Of a stretch of 16,397 nucleotides of DNA, positions 1 through 7,875 are shown in pieces. Below the pieces are notes generated by a model. That model had not been told where the DNA came from and did not search any database. It saw only the letters and a list, made by a program, of their open reading frames with translations. Source of the stretch: a virus (Duplodnaviria; Heunggongvirae; Uroviricota; Caudoviricetes); the IMG/VR virus record IMGVR_UViG_2778261693_000004, positions 1 through 16,397 of that record; one strand, 5' to 3'. A program made the position numbers and the translations under genes. Every line of letters starts with the position of its first letter. The stretch's first letter is position 1.

Positions 1-1
1 G

Positions 2-166
2 GCATCCAACGCCATTCATGGCCATATCAATGATTTTCTGGTGCGTACCGGGTTGAGAAGCGGTGTAAGTGAACTGCAGTTGCCATGTTTTACGGCAGTG
101 AGAGCAGAGATAGCGCTGATGTCCGGCGGTGCTTTTGCCGTTACGCACCACCCCGTCAGTAGCTGA
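2..166 (+). CDS. 3' end of a plus-strand CDS running off the left edge; by P1 synteny possibly the C-terminus of the type III restriction subunit Res
   Basis: Frame 2 is open from the window edge to TGA at 164-166 (…[31 protein letters not shown]). It converges on the mat-position gene as res does in P1. I do not recognise the residues themselves. Confidence 0.3.
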   Translation, partial: ASNAIHGHINDFLVRTGLRSGVSELQLPCFTAVRAEIALMSGGAFAVTHHPVSS

Positions 167-501
167 ACAGGAGGGACAGCTGATAGAAACAGAAGCCACT
201 GGAGCACCTCAAAAACACCATCATACACTAAATCAGTAAGTTGGCAGCATCACCAGCCTCATTTTGATGTCATTATTAGCAATTTAAAAAAGTTATGTCC
301 GAATATCATCGCTGAAGGCGTCGAAAACATTGATTGTCATAAGTTATCAAAAGGGATAGGGCTATGGGGCACTCAGGGATATTTTTTCCCATCAATTCCG
401 CTGACGGAGATTGAGTCCATAGATAGTAAGTGGCTATCAGATTTATGAGATGCAGAGAGTTAGGATATTGATATGAACATCTAAGCACCTCATTACTGTG
501 C

Positions 502-954
502 TTAAAAGATGTTATCCTTACCTGTTAATTTACCTTGAGGAACTTTAGTGAGCTCCATCCGATAAAATGCTTTTATCATATTTACAAATGGCTCATATGG
601 TGAATATTCGTTGTCTTGTTTAGTAACGGTGTCTGTCATTGTCCTGATGTAGTCTGCGCTTACCACGTTGTTGTTTGCTTCAATTAGTACCGGCCTGCCG
701 TTCATGAAGGGATCACGCAACCTTACACGCTGGCCAACTCGACCGGTAATAAAGCTGTTTTCCTCTTCCACCAGCACGATAAAACCCTTTTCCTCTTTTT
801 CTCGCAATTCGCGCAGCAGCTGGAGTTCCATATCGCGGCGGCGTTCAGGGTAGCTGGTCCGCTCAGCCATTATCAGCTCATTGTTGATCCATGCAGCAGT
901 CATTGACGCCGGTTTGCCGACGCTCATTGAAACAACGCATATTTTCTTATCCAT
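502..954 (-). CDS. Hypothetical protein at the position P1 gives to mat (between ref and res)
   Basis: ORF 502-981; I place the start at the internal ATG 952-954 (MDKKICVV…), which has an AGGGG Shine-Dalgarno 5 nt upstream. Assignment is by synteny only. Confidence 0.5.
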   Translation of the reverse strand: MDKKICVVSMSVGKPASMTAAWINNELIMAERTSYPERRRDMELQLLRELREKEEKGFIVLVEEENSFITGRVGQRVRLRDPFMNGRPVLIEANNNVVSADYIRTMTDTVTKQDNEYSPYEPFVNMIKAFYRMELTKVPQGKLTGKDNIF

Positions 955-1142
955 AGCGCCCCTACAAAAAAGAAAAGCCACCAGCGGCGGCTTAGCAATA
1001 CAACTGAAGGTAGCGCCCGGTACTCAGACTGTGCCGTCCATGGAATATTTGAAAGGGGATCCATCCGTACCGGGCATGTGATGATTCTGACTGAAGTCAC
1101 TTGTCAGTTGTCAATCATTTATCATTAAAAATAATATATTTA

Positions 1143-1703
1143 TTAGTGCATGATGTTTGCCATCTCATAGGCGTCAGCCAGTAACTCCATCTCTGACTTG
1201 TTCAGCAGGGTGAATTCTTTCTTGCCTCCAACCACACCATCGGCATGAACAGGGACCAGCCAGGGGTATTTTGCTCTTACTTCAGCCGGAGCTGCATGCT
1301 GGTGGTGCCATCTACAAAGAGGCAATTGCTTTTTATGACAACCCGGCGCGGTACGACCGGCGATATGGTGCAGAGACATCTCATTAGATATTACTCCATG
1401 CATATAGCAGGCAATGCAGGGGAGAGTGCCAAGAGCATTGGCGATGCGCCGTTCCTCCGCCGTTGGTGTTCTCCCCTTCAAGCCACGAGATTTTATTTTT
1501 ACCGCGCTTTTCCGCGTTTTGCTGGCTGGTAGGCGCTCTTTCTGTTTAGCGATACGGCGGTCGAGAGTATCCCGCATTTTCTGATATTGAGATTCTCGCC
1601 AGACCGGATCAGCCAACTTCTCCCGTTGCCGAGCGATCGCTCGTTCTCTGGCTGCCTTCTGCCACTTGCGGCACTGTTCAATTTTTTGTTCGATTGTTTT
1701 CAT
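1143..1703 (-). CDS. ref: Ref, HNH-family endonuclease that stimulates RecA-dependent recombination
   Basis: 186 aa, matching P1 Ref length. Cys/His HNH-like cluster (CIACYMHGV…HHIAGRTAPGCHKKQLPLCRWHH). C1 operator and TATAAT upstream; position after cra as in P1. Confidence 0.75.
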   Translation of the reverse strand: MKTIEQKIEQCRKWQKAARERAIARQREKLADPVWRESQYQKMRDTLDRRIAKQKERLPASKTRKSAVKIKSRGLKGRTPTAEERRIANALGTLPCIACYMHGVISNEMSLHHIAGRTAPGCHKKQLPLCRWHHQHAAPAEVRAKYPWLVPVHADGVVGGKKEFTLLNKSEMELLADAYEMANIMH

Positions 1704-1708
1704 ATGGC

Positions 1709-1736
1709 AAAAAAAAAAGGCGGCCTAATGGCCGCC
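1709..1736 (-). terminator. Intrinsic-terminator-like hairpin plus U10 on the minus strand, ending 5 nt before the ref ATG
   Basis: GGCGGCC-TAAT-GGCCGCC (1719-1736) with an A10 run at 1709-1718 on the plus strand, which is U10 after the hairpin on the minus-strand RNA. Confidence 0.5.
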
Positions 1737-1803
1737 AATGATGTCAAGGAGTGAAGTAATGGCAACGTCTTCGTAGTTGACAAAAACTGCGGCTCAATTA
1801 TAG

Positions 1804-1820
1804 CGATCTATTAGAGCAAT
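1804..1820 (-). promoter_or_regulatory. C1 repressor operator (Op2-like) in the ref promoter
   Basis: cgatctATTAGAGCAAT on the plus strand matches the reverse complement of ATTGCTCTAATAAATTT at 13/17. A perfect TATAAT lies on the minus strand at 1797-1802. Confidence 0.65.
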
Positions 1821-1926
1821 GATAGATATTTTGTTTATCGCTAATCACATTTTTTCACTTCAGTACCTGTGTGCTATACTCCTTCTTGATTGATTGGATG
1901 CGGAATACAAACCCGCTCTTTTGTGC

Positions 1927-1954
1927 AGCCTGGCTCCTTGCCAGGCTTTTTTTT
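1927..1954 (+). terminator. Plus-strand rho-independent terminator with no annotated plus-strand gene upstream
   Basis: AGCCTGGC-tcctt-GCCAGGCT hairpin followed by T8 (1947-1954). Candidate extended -10 (TGcTATACT, about 1873-1881) lies 50 nt upstream on the same strand. Confidence 0.45.
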
Positions 1955-2264
1955 ATTTCATCATGGAAGTTGTTAACGCTTTGGACCTTGCTGAACTGAT
2001 TGAGAGGGCTTTGTCAACGTGCCCCAAAAATTCGCCAAACTCAGACATCACTTTAGCAAAACCGCGCCGTGCTTCTTCCTCGGTGGCATTCATCACGAAA
2101 TGTTCAGCACCACGCATACTTTTGACAGGGAACGCAACGGATATTGAATCAATATCAGGCATTCTATCGCTCAGCTTTACAGTGACAATGACGGCTGGCG
2201 ACTGAATATTAGTGCTTACAGACAGCACTACATATTTTCCGTCGATGTTGAAATCCTTTCTCAT
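1953..2264 (-). CDS. cra: Cra (cre-associated) small protein
   Basis: 103-aa ORF with GGTGA Shine-Dalgarno 3 nt before the ATG. Its offset from cre/loxP matches where I recall P1 cra. The equal-length mirror ORF on the plus strand has no Shine-Dalgarno. Confidence 0.5.
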   Translation of the reverse strand: MRKDFNIDGKYVVLSVSTNIQSPAVIVTVKLSDRMPDIDSISVAFPVKSMRGAEHFVMNATEEEARRGFAKVMSEFGEFLGHVDKALSISSARSKALTTSMMK

Positions 2265-2280
2265 ATGTCACCATAAATAT

Positions 2281-2297
2281 CAAAGAATTAGAGCAAT
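2281..2297 (-). promoter_or_regulatory. C1 operator-like site between cre and cra
   Basis: caaagaATTAGAGCAAT, 13/17 to the reverse-complement consensus. Confidence 0.4.
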
Positions 2298-2314
2298 CAT
2301 TTACGCGTTAATGG

Positions 2315-3346
2315 CTAATCGCCATCTTCCAGAAGGCGCACCATTGCCCCTGTTTCACTATCCAGGTTACGGATATAGTTCATGACAATATTTACGTTGG
2401 TCCAGCCACCAGCTTGCATGATCTCCGGTATTGAAACTCCGGCACGGGCCATATCTCGCGCGGCTCCGACACGGGCACTGTGTCCAGACCAGGCCAGGTA
2501 CCTCTGGCCAGAGTCATCCTTAGCCCCGTAAATCAATCGGTGAGTTGCTTCAAAAATCCCTTCCAGGGCGCGAGTTGATAGCTGGCTGGTGGGTGATGGC
2601 GAGGCAACACCATTTTTTCTGACCCGGCAAAACAAGTAGTTATTCGGATCATCAGCCACACCAGAGACAGAAATCCATCGTTCGACCAGTTTAGTTACCC
2701 CCAGGCTAAGTGCCTTCTCTACACCCGCGGTACTAACCAGAGTTTTCGTTCTGCCAATATGGATTAGCATTCTCCCACCGTCTGTACGTGAGATATCTTT
2801 AACCCTGATCCTGGCAATTTCGGCTATACGTAACAGGGTGTTATAAGCGATCCCCAGAAATGCCAGATTACGTATATCCTGGCAGCGATCGCTATTTTCC
2901 ATGAGTGAACGAACCTGGTCGAAATCAGTGCGTTCGAACGCCAATGCCTGTTTTGCACGTTCACCGGCATCAACGTTTTCTTTTCGAATCCGCCGCATGA
3001 CCAGTGAAACAGCATTGCTGTCACTTGGTCGTGGCAGCCCGGACCGACGATGAAGCATGTTTAGCTGGCCCAAATGTTGCTGGATAGTTTTTACTGCCAG
3101 ACCGCGCGCCTGAAGATATAGAAGATAATCGCGAACATCTTCAGGTTCTGCGGGAAACCACTTCCGGTTATTCAACTTGCACCATGCCGCCCACGACCGG
3201 CAAACGGACAGAAGCATTTTCCAGGTATGCTCAGAAAACGCCTGGCGATCCCTGAACATGTCCATCAGGTTCTTGCGAACCTCATCACTCGTTGCATCGA
3301 CCGGTAATGCAGGCAAATTTTGGTGTACGGTCAGTAAATTGGACAT
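2315..3346 (-). CDS. cre: Cre site-specific tyrosine recombinase
   Basis: 343-aa translation (MSNLLTVHQNLPALPVDATSDEVRKNLMDMFRDRQAFSEHTWK…MVRLLEDGD) is recognisable along its full length as P1 Cre. loxP lies about 420 bp upstream. Confidence 0.97.
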   Translation of the reverse strand: MSNLLTVHQNLPALPVDATSDEVRKNLMDMFRDRQAFSEHTWKMLLSVCRSWAAWCKLNNRKWFPAEPEDVRDYLLYLQARGLAVKTIQQHLGQLNMLHRRSGLPRPSDSNAVSLVMRRIRKENVDAGERAKQALAFERTDFDQVRSLMENSDRCQDIRNLAFLGIAYNTLLRIAEIARIRVKDISRTDGGRMLIHIGRTKTLVSTAGVEKALSLGVTKLVERWISVSGVADDPNNYLFCRVRKNGVASPSPTSQLSTRALEGIFEATHRLIYGAKDDSGQRYLAWSGHSARVGAARDMARAGVSIPEIMQAGGWTNVNIVMNYIRNLDSETGAMVRLLEDGD

Positions 3347-3353
3347 TTAACAC

Positions 3354-3575
3354 TCAGACAATAGTTTTAAGTAAAGTGTACAGGATTGGCTCTGCCTTTA
3401 CCTGTTTATGGTTCTCGTCATAGAAACGCCAGCGACCGCGCGTGCGTTCTATTTTCTCTTCACCGCGCGATAATGACAGTTGGCAACTATCACGATCAAA
3501 CCCTTTTGCCCGCCAGTAACCACGGTTTTTCTCAAGCTCAAGATGAGTGGACACTTTAGCAGCTGAATATCCCAT
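3354..3575 (-). CDS. Small ORF (73 aa) immediately upstream of cre and translationally coupled to it
   Basis: ATG at 3573-3575 preceded by GAGGTG 4-5 nt upstream. Stop lies 7 nt before the cre ATG. Basic protein (MGYSAAKVSTHLELEKNRGYWRAKGFDRD…). Confidence 0.35.
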   Translation of the reverse strand: MGYSAAKVSTHLELEKNRGYWRAKGFDRDSCQLSLSRGEEKIERTRGRWRFYDENHKQVKAEPILYTLLKTIV

Positions 3576-3671
3576 TTTTCACCTCTGATTGATTGGTGGT
3601 GCTAAGTGCGCTACGCGAAATCTGGAGCACTAACACTGCCAACATTTCGCAGATTTTACGTAGCGCAACCT

Positions 3672-3693
3672 TGATCAAATGATCAAGTGATCA
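3672..3693. promoter_or_regulatory. Cluster of three TGATCA (Dam GATC) sites in the cre upstream region
   Basis: TGATCA at 3672-3677, 3680-3685 and 3688-3693, with a fourth at 3741-3746. Consistent with the reported Dam-sensitive cre promoter region. Confidence 0.5.
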
Positions 3694-3764
3694 CTATTTG
3701 ACCTGATAAGGTATTGAACTGTATGGATTTACAGGTAAATTGATCATGTTCAATAACCCTTAAG

Positions 3765-3798
3765 ATAACTTCGTATAATGTATGCTATACGAAGTTAT
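3765..3798 (+). other. loxP: loxP recombination site
   Basis: Exact ATAACTTCGTATA-ATGTATGC-TATACGAAGTTAT. Confidence 0.98.
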
Positions 3799-3841
3799 CA
3801 GGTCCGAAGAGGAGTTTACGTCCAGCTGCGCACAAAAATCA

Positions 3842-3858
3842 AGAATTATTAGAGCAAT
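3842..3858 (-). promoter_or_regulatory. C1 operator (Op99-like) upstream of coi
   Basis: agaattATTAGAGCAAT, 15/17 to the reverse-complement consensus. Confidence 0.7.
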
Positions 3859-3924
3859 AAATTTTGAGAGAAAAATCCCACTCCACCAGCTAAAAACTGG
3901 ATTGTTTTTCATAGTTGTTTGACA

Positions 3925-3941
3925 ATTGCTCTAATAAATTA
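3925..3941 (+). promoter_or_regulatory. C1 operator (Op99-like) upstream of coi, opposite orientation to the previous site
   Basis: ATTGCTCTAATAAATTa, 16/17 to consensus. Confidence 0.75.
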
Positions 3942-4179
3942 TAGTTTTGCCGCCGTTACGTAATACGACTTTGGATTCACTATTTAATGTGTCTTCAGCG
4001 TTGTAGAGCGGCTCAGAAGGAAATGAGCAAACAGGGAAACCTTATACAACGGCATTACAGCTATGCATTGCTCATCTTACACACAGCGCAATGTTGTTAG
4101 ATTACCCCAGCATGGATCATGGGTGAAACAGTAGGTCAGAGCTTCAGGCTCTGTGTTGTCAATACAGTGAGGCATAATT

Positions 4180-4389
4180 ATGGCTTTCATTCAACCAACC
4201 ATCGACGACGTTAGACATTGCTCTAACGCTTTATCTGTAGACCCTGCCGAAACCGACGCTGCCCGCACCATTGCTGAACACTACTCAAAGATATCCAATC
4301 AGGACTACCGCATCACCCAAGACGACCTGGATGACCTCACTGACACAATCGAATATCTCATGGCAACTAACCAGTTAGCCTCACAATAA
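4180..4389 (+). CDS. coi: Coi, C1 inactivator
   Basis: 69 aa, the length I recall for P1 Coi. Sits directly upstream of c1 with flanking C1 operators. GAGG Shine-Dalgarno. Confidence 0.75.
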   Translation: MAFIQPTIDDVRHCSNALSVDPAETDAARTIAEHYSKISNQDYRITQDDLDDLTDTIEYLMATNQLASQ

Positions 4390-4405
4390 ATGCACTAATA
4401 AATCT
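4389..4405 (+). promoter_or_regulatory. C1 operator-like site between coi and c1
   Basis: aATGCaCTAATAAATcT, 14/17 to consensus. Confidence 0.5.
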
Positions 4406-4499
4406 ATTATTTTTGTTTGATCCCTCTATAATATAGGTCAGTAATGACCGGTTTTCTCAGCCGGGCGTTATTGACCATGTCAATTCTGGAGGAGGATCA

Positions 4500-5351
4500 A
4501 TGATAAATTATGTCTACGGCGAACAACTGTACCAGGAGTTCGTCAGCTTCAGGGATCTCTTTCTAAAAAAAGCTGTTGCACGCGCCCAACACGTTGATGC
4601 CGCCAGCGACGGTCGTCCTGTTCGCCCGGTTGTCGTTCTGCCGTTCAAAGAAACGGACAGCATTCAGGCTGAAATTGATAAATGGACTTTAATGGCGCGG
4701 GAACTGGAACAGTACCCAGACCTCAATATCCCAAAGACTATTTTATATCCAGTGCCTAACATCCTTCGCGGTGTACGTAAGGTTACAACTTATCAGACAG
4801 AAGCTGTGAACAGCGTCAACATGACCGCTGGCCGCATTATTCATCTGATTGATAAGGATATTCGCATCCAAAAAAGCGCGGGGTTCAATGAGCACAGTGC
4901 GAAATACATAGAGAACCTGGAAGCAACAAAAGAGCTAATGAAGCAGTACCCGGAGGATGAAAAATTCCGTATGCGCGTACACGGCTTTAGCGAAACAATG
5001 CTGCGCGTCCACTACATTTCCAGTAGCCCTAACTACAATGATGGTAAATCAGTTAGTTACCATGTGCCACTGTGTGGCGTGTTTATCTGCGATGAAACCC
5101 TCCGTGATGGAATCATCATCAACGGTGAATTCGAGAAAGCAAAATTTAGCCTTTATGACTCCATAGAACCGATCATCTGCGACCGCTGGCCGCAGGCAAA
5201 AATATATCGCCTGGCAGATATTGAAAATGTAAAAAAACAAATTGCCATCACTCGCGAAGAGAAAAAGGTCAAATCAGCCGCATCAGTTACGCGCAGTCGT
5301 AAAACTAAGAAGGGGCAGCCAGTAAACGACAACCCCGAAAGCGCGCAATAA
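4500..5351 (+). CDS. c1: C1 prophage repressor
   Basis: 283 aa, the length I recall for P1 C1. GGAGGAGG Shine-Dalgarno. Follows coi, about 0.7 kb from loxP. Window carries nine copies of its operator motif. Confidence 0.85.
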   Translation: MINYVYGEQLYQEFVSFRDLFLKKAVARAQHVDAASDGRPVRPVVVLPFKETDSIQAEIDKWTLMARELEQYPDLNIPKTILYPVPNILRGVRKVTTYQTEAVNSVNMTAGRIIHLIDKDIRIQKSAGFNEHSAKYIENLEATKELMKQYPEDEKFRMRVHGFSETMLRVHYISSSPNYNDGKSVSYHVPLCGVFICDETLRDGIIINGEFEKAKFSLYDSIEPIICDRWPQAKIYRLADIENVKKQIAITREEKKVKSAASVTRSRKTKKGQPVNDNPESAQ

Positions 5352-5354
5352 ATT

Positions 5355-5376
5355 ATGCCCGGCATCAACCGGGCAT
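5355..5376. terminator. Hairpin between convergent c1 and antirepressor genes, possible bidirectional terminator
   Basis: ATGCCCGG-catcaa-CCGGGCAT, 8-bp stem, with A/T-rich flanks. Confidence 0.4.
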
Positions 5377-5383
5377 TCTTCCA

Positions 5384-6529
5384 TTATTCAGCCGCCACCG
5401 GTTTTAACAAGCCAGCATCGAGCAGTTTACGCGTCAACCACTGTTGTCCTTTCCCCGTTAATTGGGGCGTCAGCCGTATCTGGTAGCCATCTTCATCATC
5501 CAGCACCACTTCTTTCACTGTGAAATATCCGGCGTTTATGTACTGCTGGAACGGCACATTTTTACGCCCGCCGGACGCTATCAGAATGCCGTTCTCCCGT
5601 AACCAGGCAAACAGCGCGTTTTGCTTCAGCCCAACAACCTTTGCAAAATTACCAATCAGGATCCCCTTAGCCACTGATACACGGTCGGCAAAATCGACCT
5701 TGGGGGCTGCGGCCACCAGTTGTTGATTTAGCTGGTGGGCCTTCTGTTCCAGTAGCTGCTTTTGTTCAGCCAGCTCGGCAGCCAGGCGCAAGGCTTCAGG
5801 TAGTGTTTGGGGGATTGCGACCGGTTGCTGTTCTTTTTGCCGGAAGTAGCTGTCTTCCAGTTTTTCAAAGAATGCCCATGCTTCATCTGTGTTTACGATC
5901 TTAGACATGCGTGCCGCTCCGCGTTCGGCCCAAAGAATTACCTGGCTTGTATATTTGCTAACCAGGTGACTAGTAGTCACCAGCCTTTTAAATTCCTTTA
6001 ATTTTTAACCAGTTAAGAGATAGTAATGCTTACCTTCTTCAAAGCGATCGGAGTTGCGAGACAAATTTTTACGAATATTAGCTTCATCGGTTCCATACCC
6101 CTTAGCAAGAGTTTCGGTCGTTACTACACGCACTCCCAGCCATTCCAGAACGGGAATTTCATCAGACTGATTCTGAACAACCACCAGCTCTGATTCCTGA
6201 ACTGAAGTTGCATGAATTTTTTCTGATTTAACGTTAGTTGCTTTCATTCTGTGTGCCTCCTTGCGTGCTTCGGCTGCGACGGTTGCGTAATTCAGATGAC
6301 CCTGTTCGAGCAGGTATTCACGGATATCGGTCACAGCGATAGCCTTTAAGCGCAGATAAACATCGCGCTTATCGACATCCAGATGCGGGTATTCCTTTTC
6401 AAGAATTGCTGCGAGTTCTTTCGCTGATAGAAGAGATTTAGTGCGGATCATGTAATCCGCAATCTCGTACGATGTTATTCGTGAGTGATTTATTTCCATG
6501 AAGTGGCGTCCCTGCCAGTTAAGTAACAT
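5384..6529 (-). pseudogene. Antirepressor-like gene (ORF6N/Rha-type N-terminal domain plus KilA-C/ANT C-terminal domain) split by an in-frame TAA at 6005-6007
   Basis: ORFs 6005-6529 and 5384-5980 are in the same frame. The upstream ORF stops mid-domain (…SDRFEEGKHYYLLTG*) and the domain continues after the stop (KLKEFKRLVTTSHLV…TDEAWAFFEKLEDSYF). The downstream part carries a KilA-C-like motif (GNFAKVVGLKQNALFAWLRENGIL…PFQQYINAGYF) and begins only at a GTG. Confidence 0.6.
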
Positions 6530-6599
6530 CCTGTCACCTACTGATTAGCCCATGTCAACTAATCAACGTCGAATATAATACCATCGATTAAAGAAATAG

Positions 6600-6616
6600 C
6601 AATACATTAGAGCAAT
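6600..6616 (-). promoter_or_regulatory. C1 operator-like site upstream of the antirepressor-like gene
   Basis: caatacATTAGAGCAAT, 14/17 to the reverse-complement consensus, 71 bp upstream of the ATG at 6529. Confidence 0.55.
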
Positions 6617-6617
6617 T

Positions 6618-7664
6618 TTATCTAACGCTCGACGAATGACTTGTGATAGCGCCGACTCCAAGCGCGTAATCAAAGAACAATCGTTGATGCATCGCCAGCC
6701 TACCGTGCGTCTTCTCCCAATTATCGCGGTCACGCTCAATATCACGCTGGCATGACTGGCACAGAGGAATAGCATAAATGTCATGCGCGCATAATCGACT
6801 ATAACGAACGATATAAGGCGTAATGTGAGCGCCAGCTCCCGCCGCTCCACACCCACAGCATGGACGGGAAGCAACAAAGTCCATGTACTCAGGTAATTTT
6901 AGCGATTGCAGTTTTGGTATTTTGAAATGCGCCATACCTGGGTCGGAGTCAACATCCACAGGGCATACTTTTGCACGCATCGGCGCGGCGCGTTCTTCCA
7001 TCATCTGAACATATGCTGTAGCGCGATCGTCATACGGGCGAATATCCGCCTCTTTCAGTGGTCCGCTATCCTGCGGAGTAGCCTTCATCTTATTTATTAT
7101 TGATATGCGGCAGACTTCTTCCGGCATCAGGTGCATCATGTTGCGCATGAAAGCCCACCAGCACAGCTCCTGAATACTTAAATCATGGCTATTTGAAAGG
7201 CCCATTTCCTGACGGGCGACATCCAGTATCCAGTTAACGCGATTATTGTGCAGCGTTTCTTTCAGCTCATTAAAACCACGCATCCGGTAATGGTTATCGT
7301 GATGCCAGCACAACAACACCGCGCTATTGTCTCGTTCAGCGTGGACAATATGGTTGTCACACCAACTACGATCTGCGGCCTGGCATTGACCCTCTTTCCT
7401 ACGCAACCACGCCACCAGCGCGTCAATTCCACCAATACGGCGAAACAGTTCATCGCTGTTAAAAAACGGCTGCAACGCCTCATTTGTTGCCATGGTTTGC
7501 TCGGTAACAACGAGGCCGTCTTCCATGTGCTCGATTAACTCACGCGGCACCGGCTCCATAATAAATTTACGGCCAGCCTCCACCAGCTTTCTGACCTCCT
7601 GATCCACTTTGAACGTGGCGAGGCCAAGCTCTTTCTGTACAAAGGGAGTAATTACGGCTTTCAC
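6618..7664 (-). CDS. Hypothetical 348-aa protein with a C-terminal Cys/His cluster resembling the Ref HNH-like motif
   Basis: GTG start with AAGGTG Shine-Dalgarno 4 nt upstream. C-terminus …[42 protein letters not shown]. At the position I recall for P1 pdcB, but I do not recognise the sequence. Confidence 0.6.
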   Translation of the reverse strand: MKAVITPFVQKELGLATFKVDQEVRKLVEAGRKFIMEPVPRELIEHMEDGLVVTEQTMATNEALQPFFNSDELFRRIGGIDALVAWLRRKEGQCQAADRSWCDNHIVHAERDNSAVLLCWHHDNHYRMRGFNELKETLHNNRVNWILDVARQEMGLSNSHDLSIQELCWWAFMRNMMHLMPEEVCRISIINKMKATPQDSGPLKEADIRPYDDRATAYVQMMEERAAPMRAKVCPVDVDSDPGMAHFKIPKLQSLKLPEYMDFVASRPCCGCGAAGAGAHITPYIVRYSRLCAHDIYAIPLCQSCQRDIERDRDNWEKTHGRLAMHQRLFFDYALGVGAITSHSSSVR

Positions 7665-7691
7665 ATCACACCTTTAATCACTGATTGGGCT

Positions 7692-7871
7692 TTATCTGCT
7701 GCCCGACATTATCTGTTTAAGCACAACCATTTCCTGACGGCATAACACAGCAATAGCGGTCCTGGCACCAATTTGCTTACTAACCAGGTATTGCTTTATC
7801 TTGCGGCGACTCACGCCATCAAGAAGCATCTTTAACGCTTCACGGGACAATTTGTTGTATTTGCGTGCCAT
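7692..7871 (-). CDS. Small basic protein (59 aa) immediately downstream of doc
   Basis: ATG at 7869-7871, 4 nt after the doc stop (MARKYNKLSREALKMLLDGVSRRKIKQYL…). At the position I recall for P1 pdcA. Confidence 0.45.
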   Translation of the reverse strand: MARKYNKLSREALKMLLDGVSRRKIKQYLVSKQIGARTAIAVLCRQEMVVLKQIMSGSR

Positions 7872-7875
7872 TAAT

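Noticed and set aside
274-284. TTATTAGCAAT as a C1 operator
   Set aside because: Lacks two bases of the core (TTATTAGAGCAAT); probably a chance resemblance.
16-488. Minus-strand ORFs 16-228 and 306-488
   Set aside because: The first is antisense to the open plus-strand frame ending at 166; the second lies in the convergent intergenic region. Neither has a ribosome-binding site or a recognisable motif.
1894-2205. Plus-strand 103-aa ORF mirroring cra
   Set aside because: No Shine-Dalgarno and antisense to the better-supported minus-strand ORF; a plus-strand terminator sits inside its 5' part.
3672-3746. TGATCA hexamer cluster as a possible P1 pac site
   Set aside because: It lies in the cre upstream region next to loxP, where Dam-regulated cre promoters are described, and has only three or four hexamers without the flanking arrangement I recall for pac.
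4061-4077. ATTGCTCATCTTACACA as a C1 operator
   Set aside because: Only about 9/17 matches; the 3' half is unrelated to consensus.
3987-4100. Small ORFs between loxP and coi (25-37 aa) as imcA/imcB
   Set aside because: Weak or absent Shine-Dalgarno spacing and I cannot recall the imcA/imcB sequences; too uncertain to annotate.
4957-5368. Short ORFs nested inside c1, the 348-aa gene, doc/phd/humD, and both minus-strand operons (e.g. 4957-5166, 7248-7538, 8241-8660, 13471-13788, 15124-15402)
   Set aside because: All lie in alternative frames of better-supported genes and lack independent start signals.
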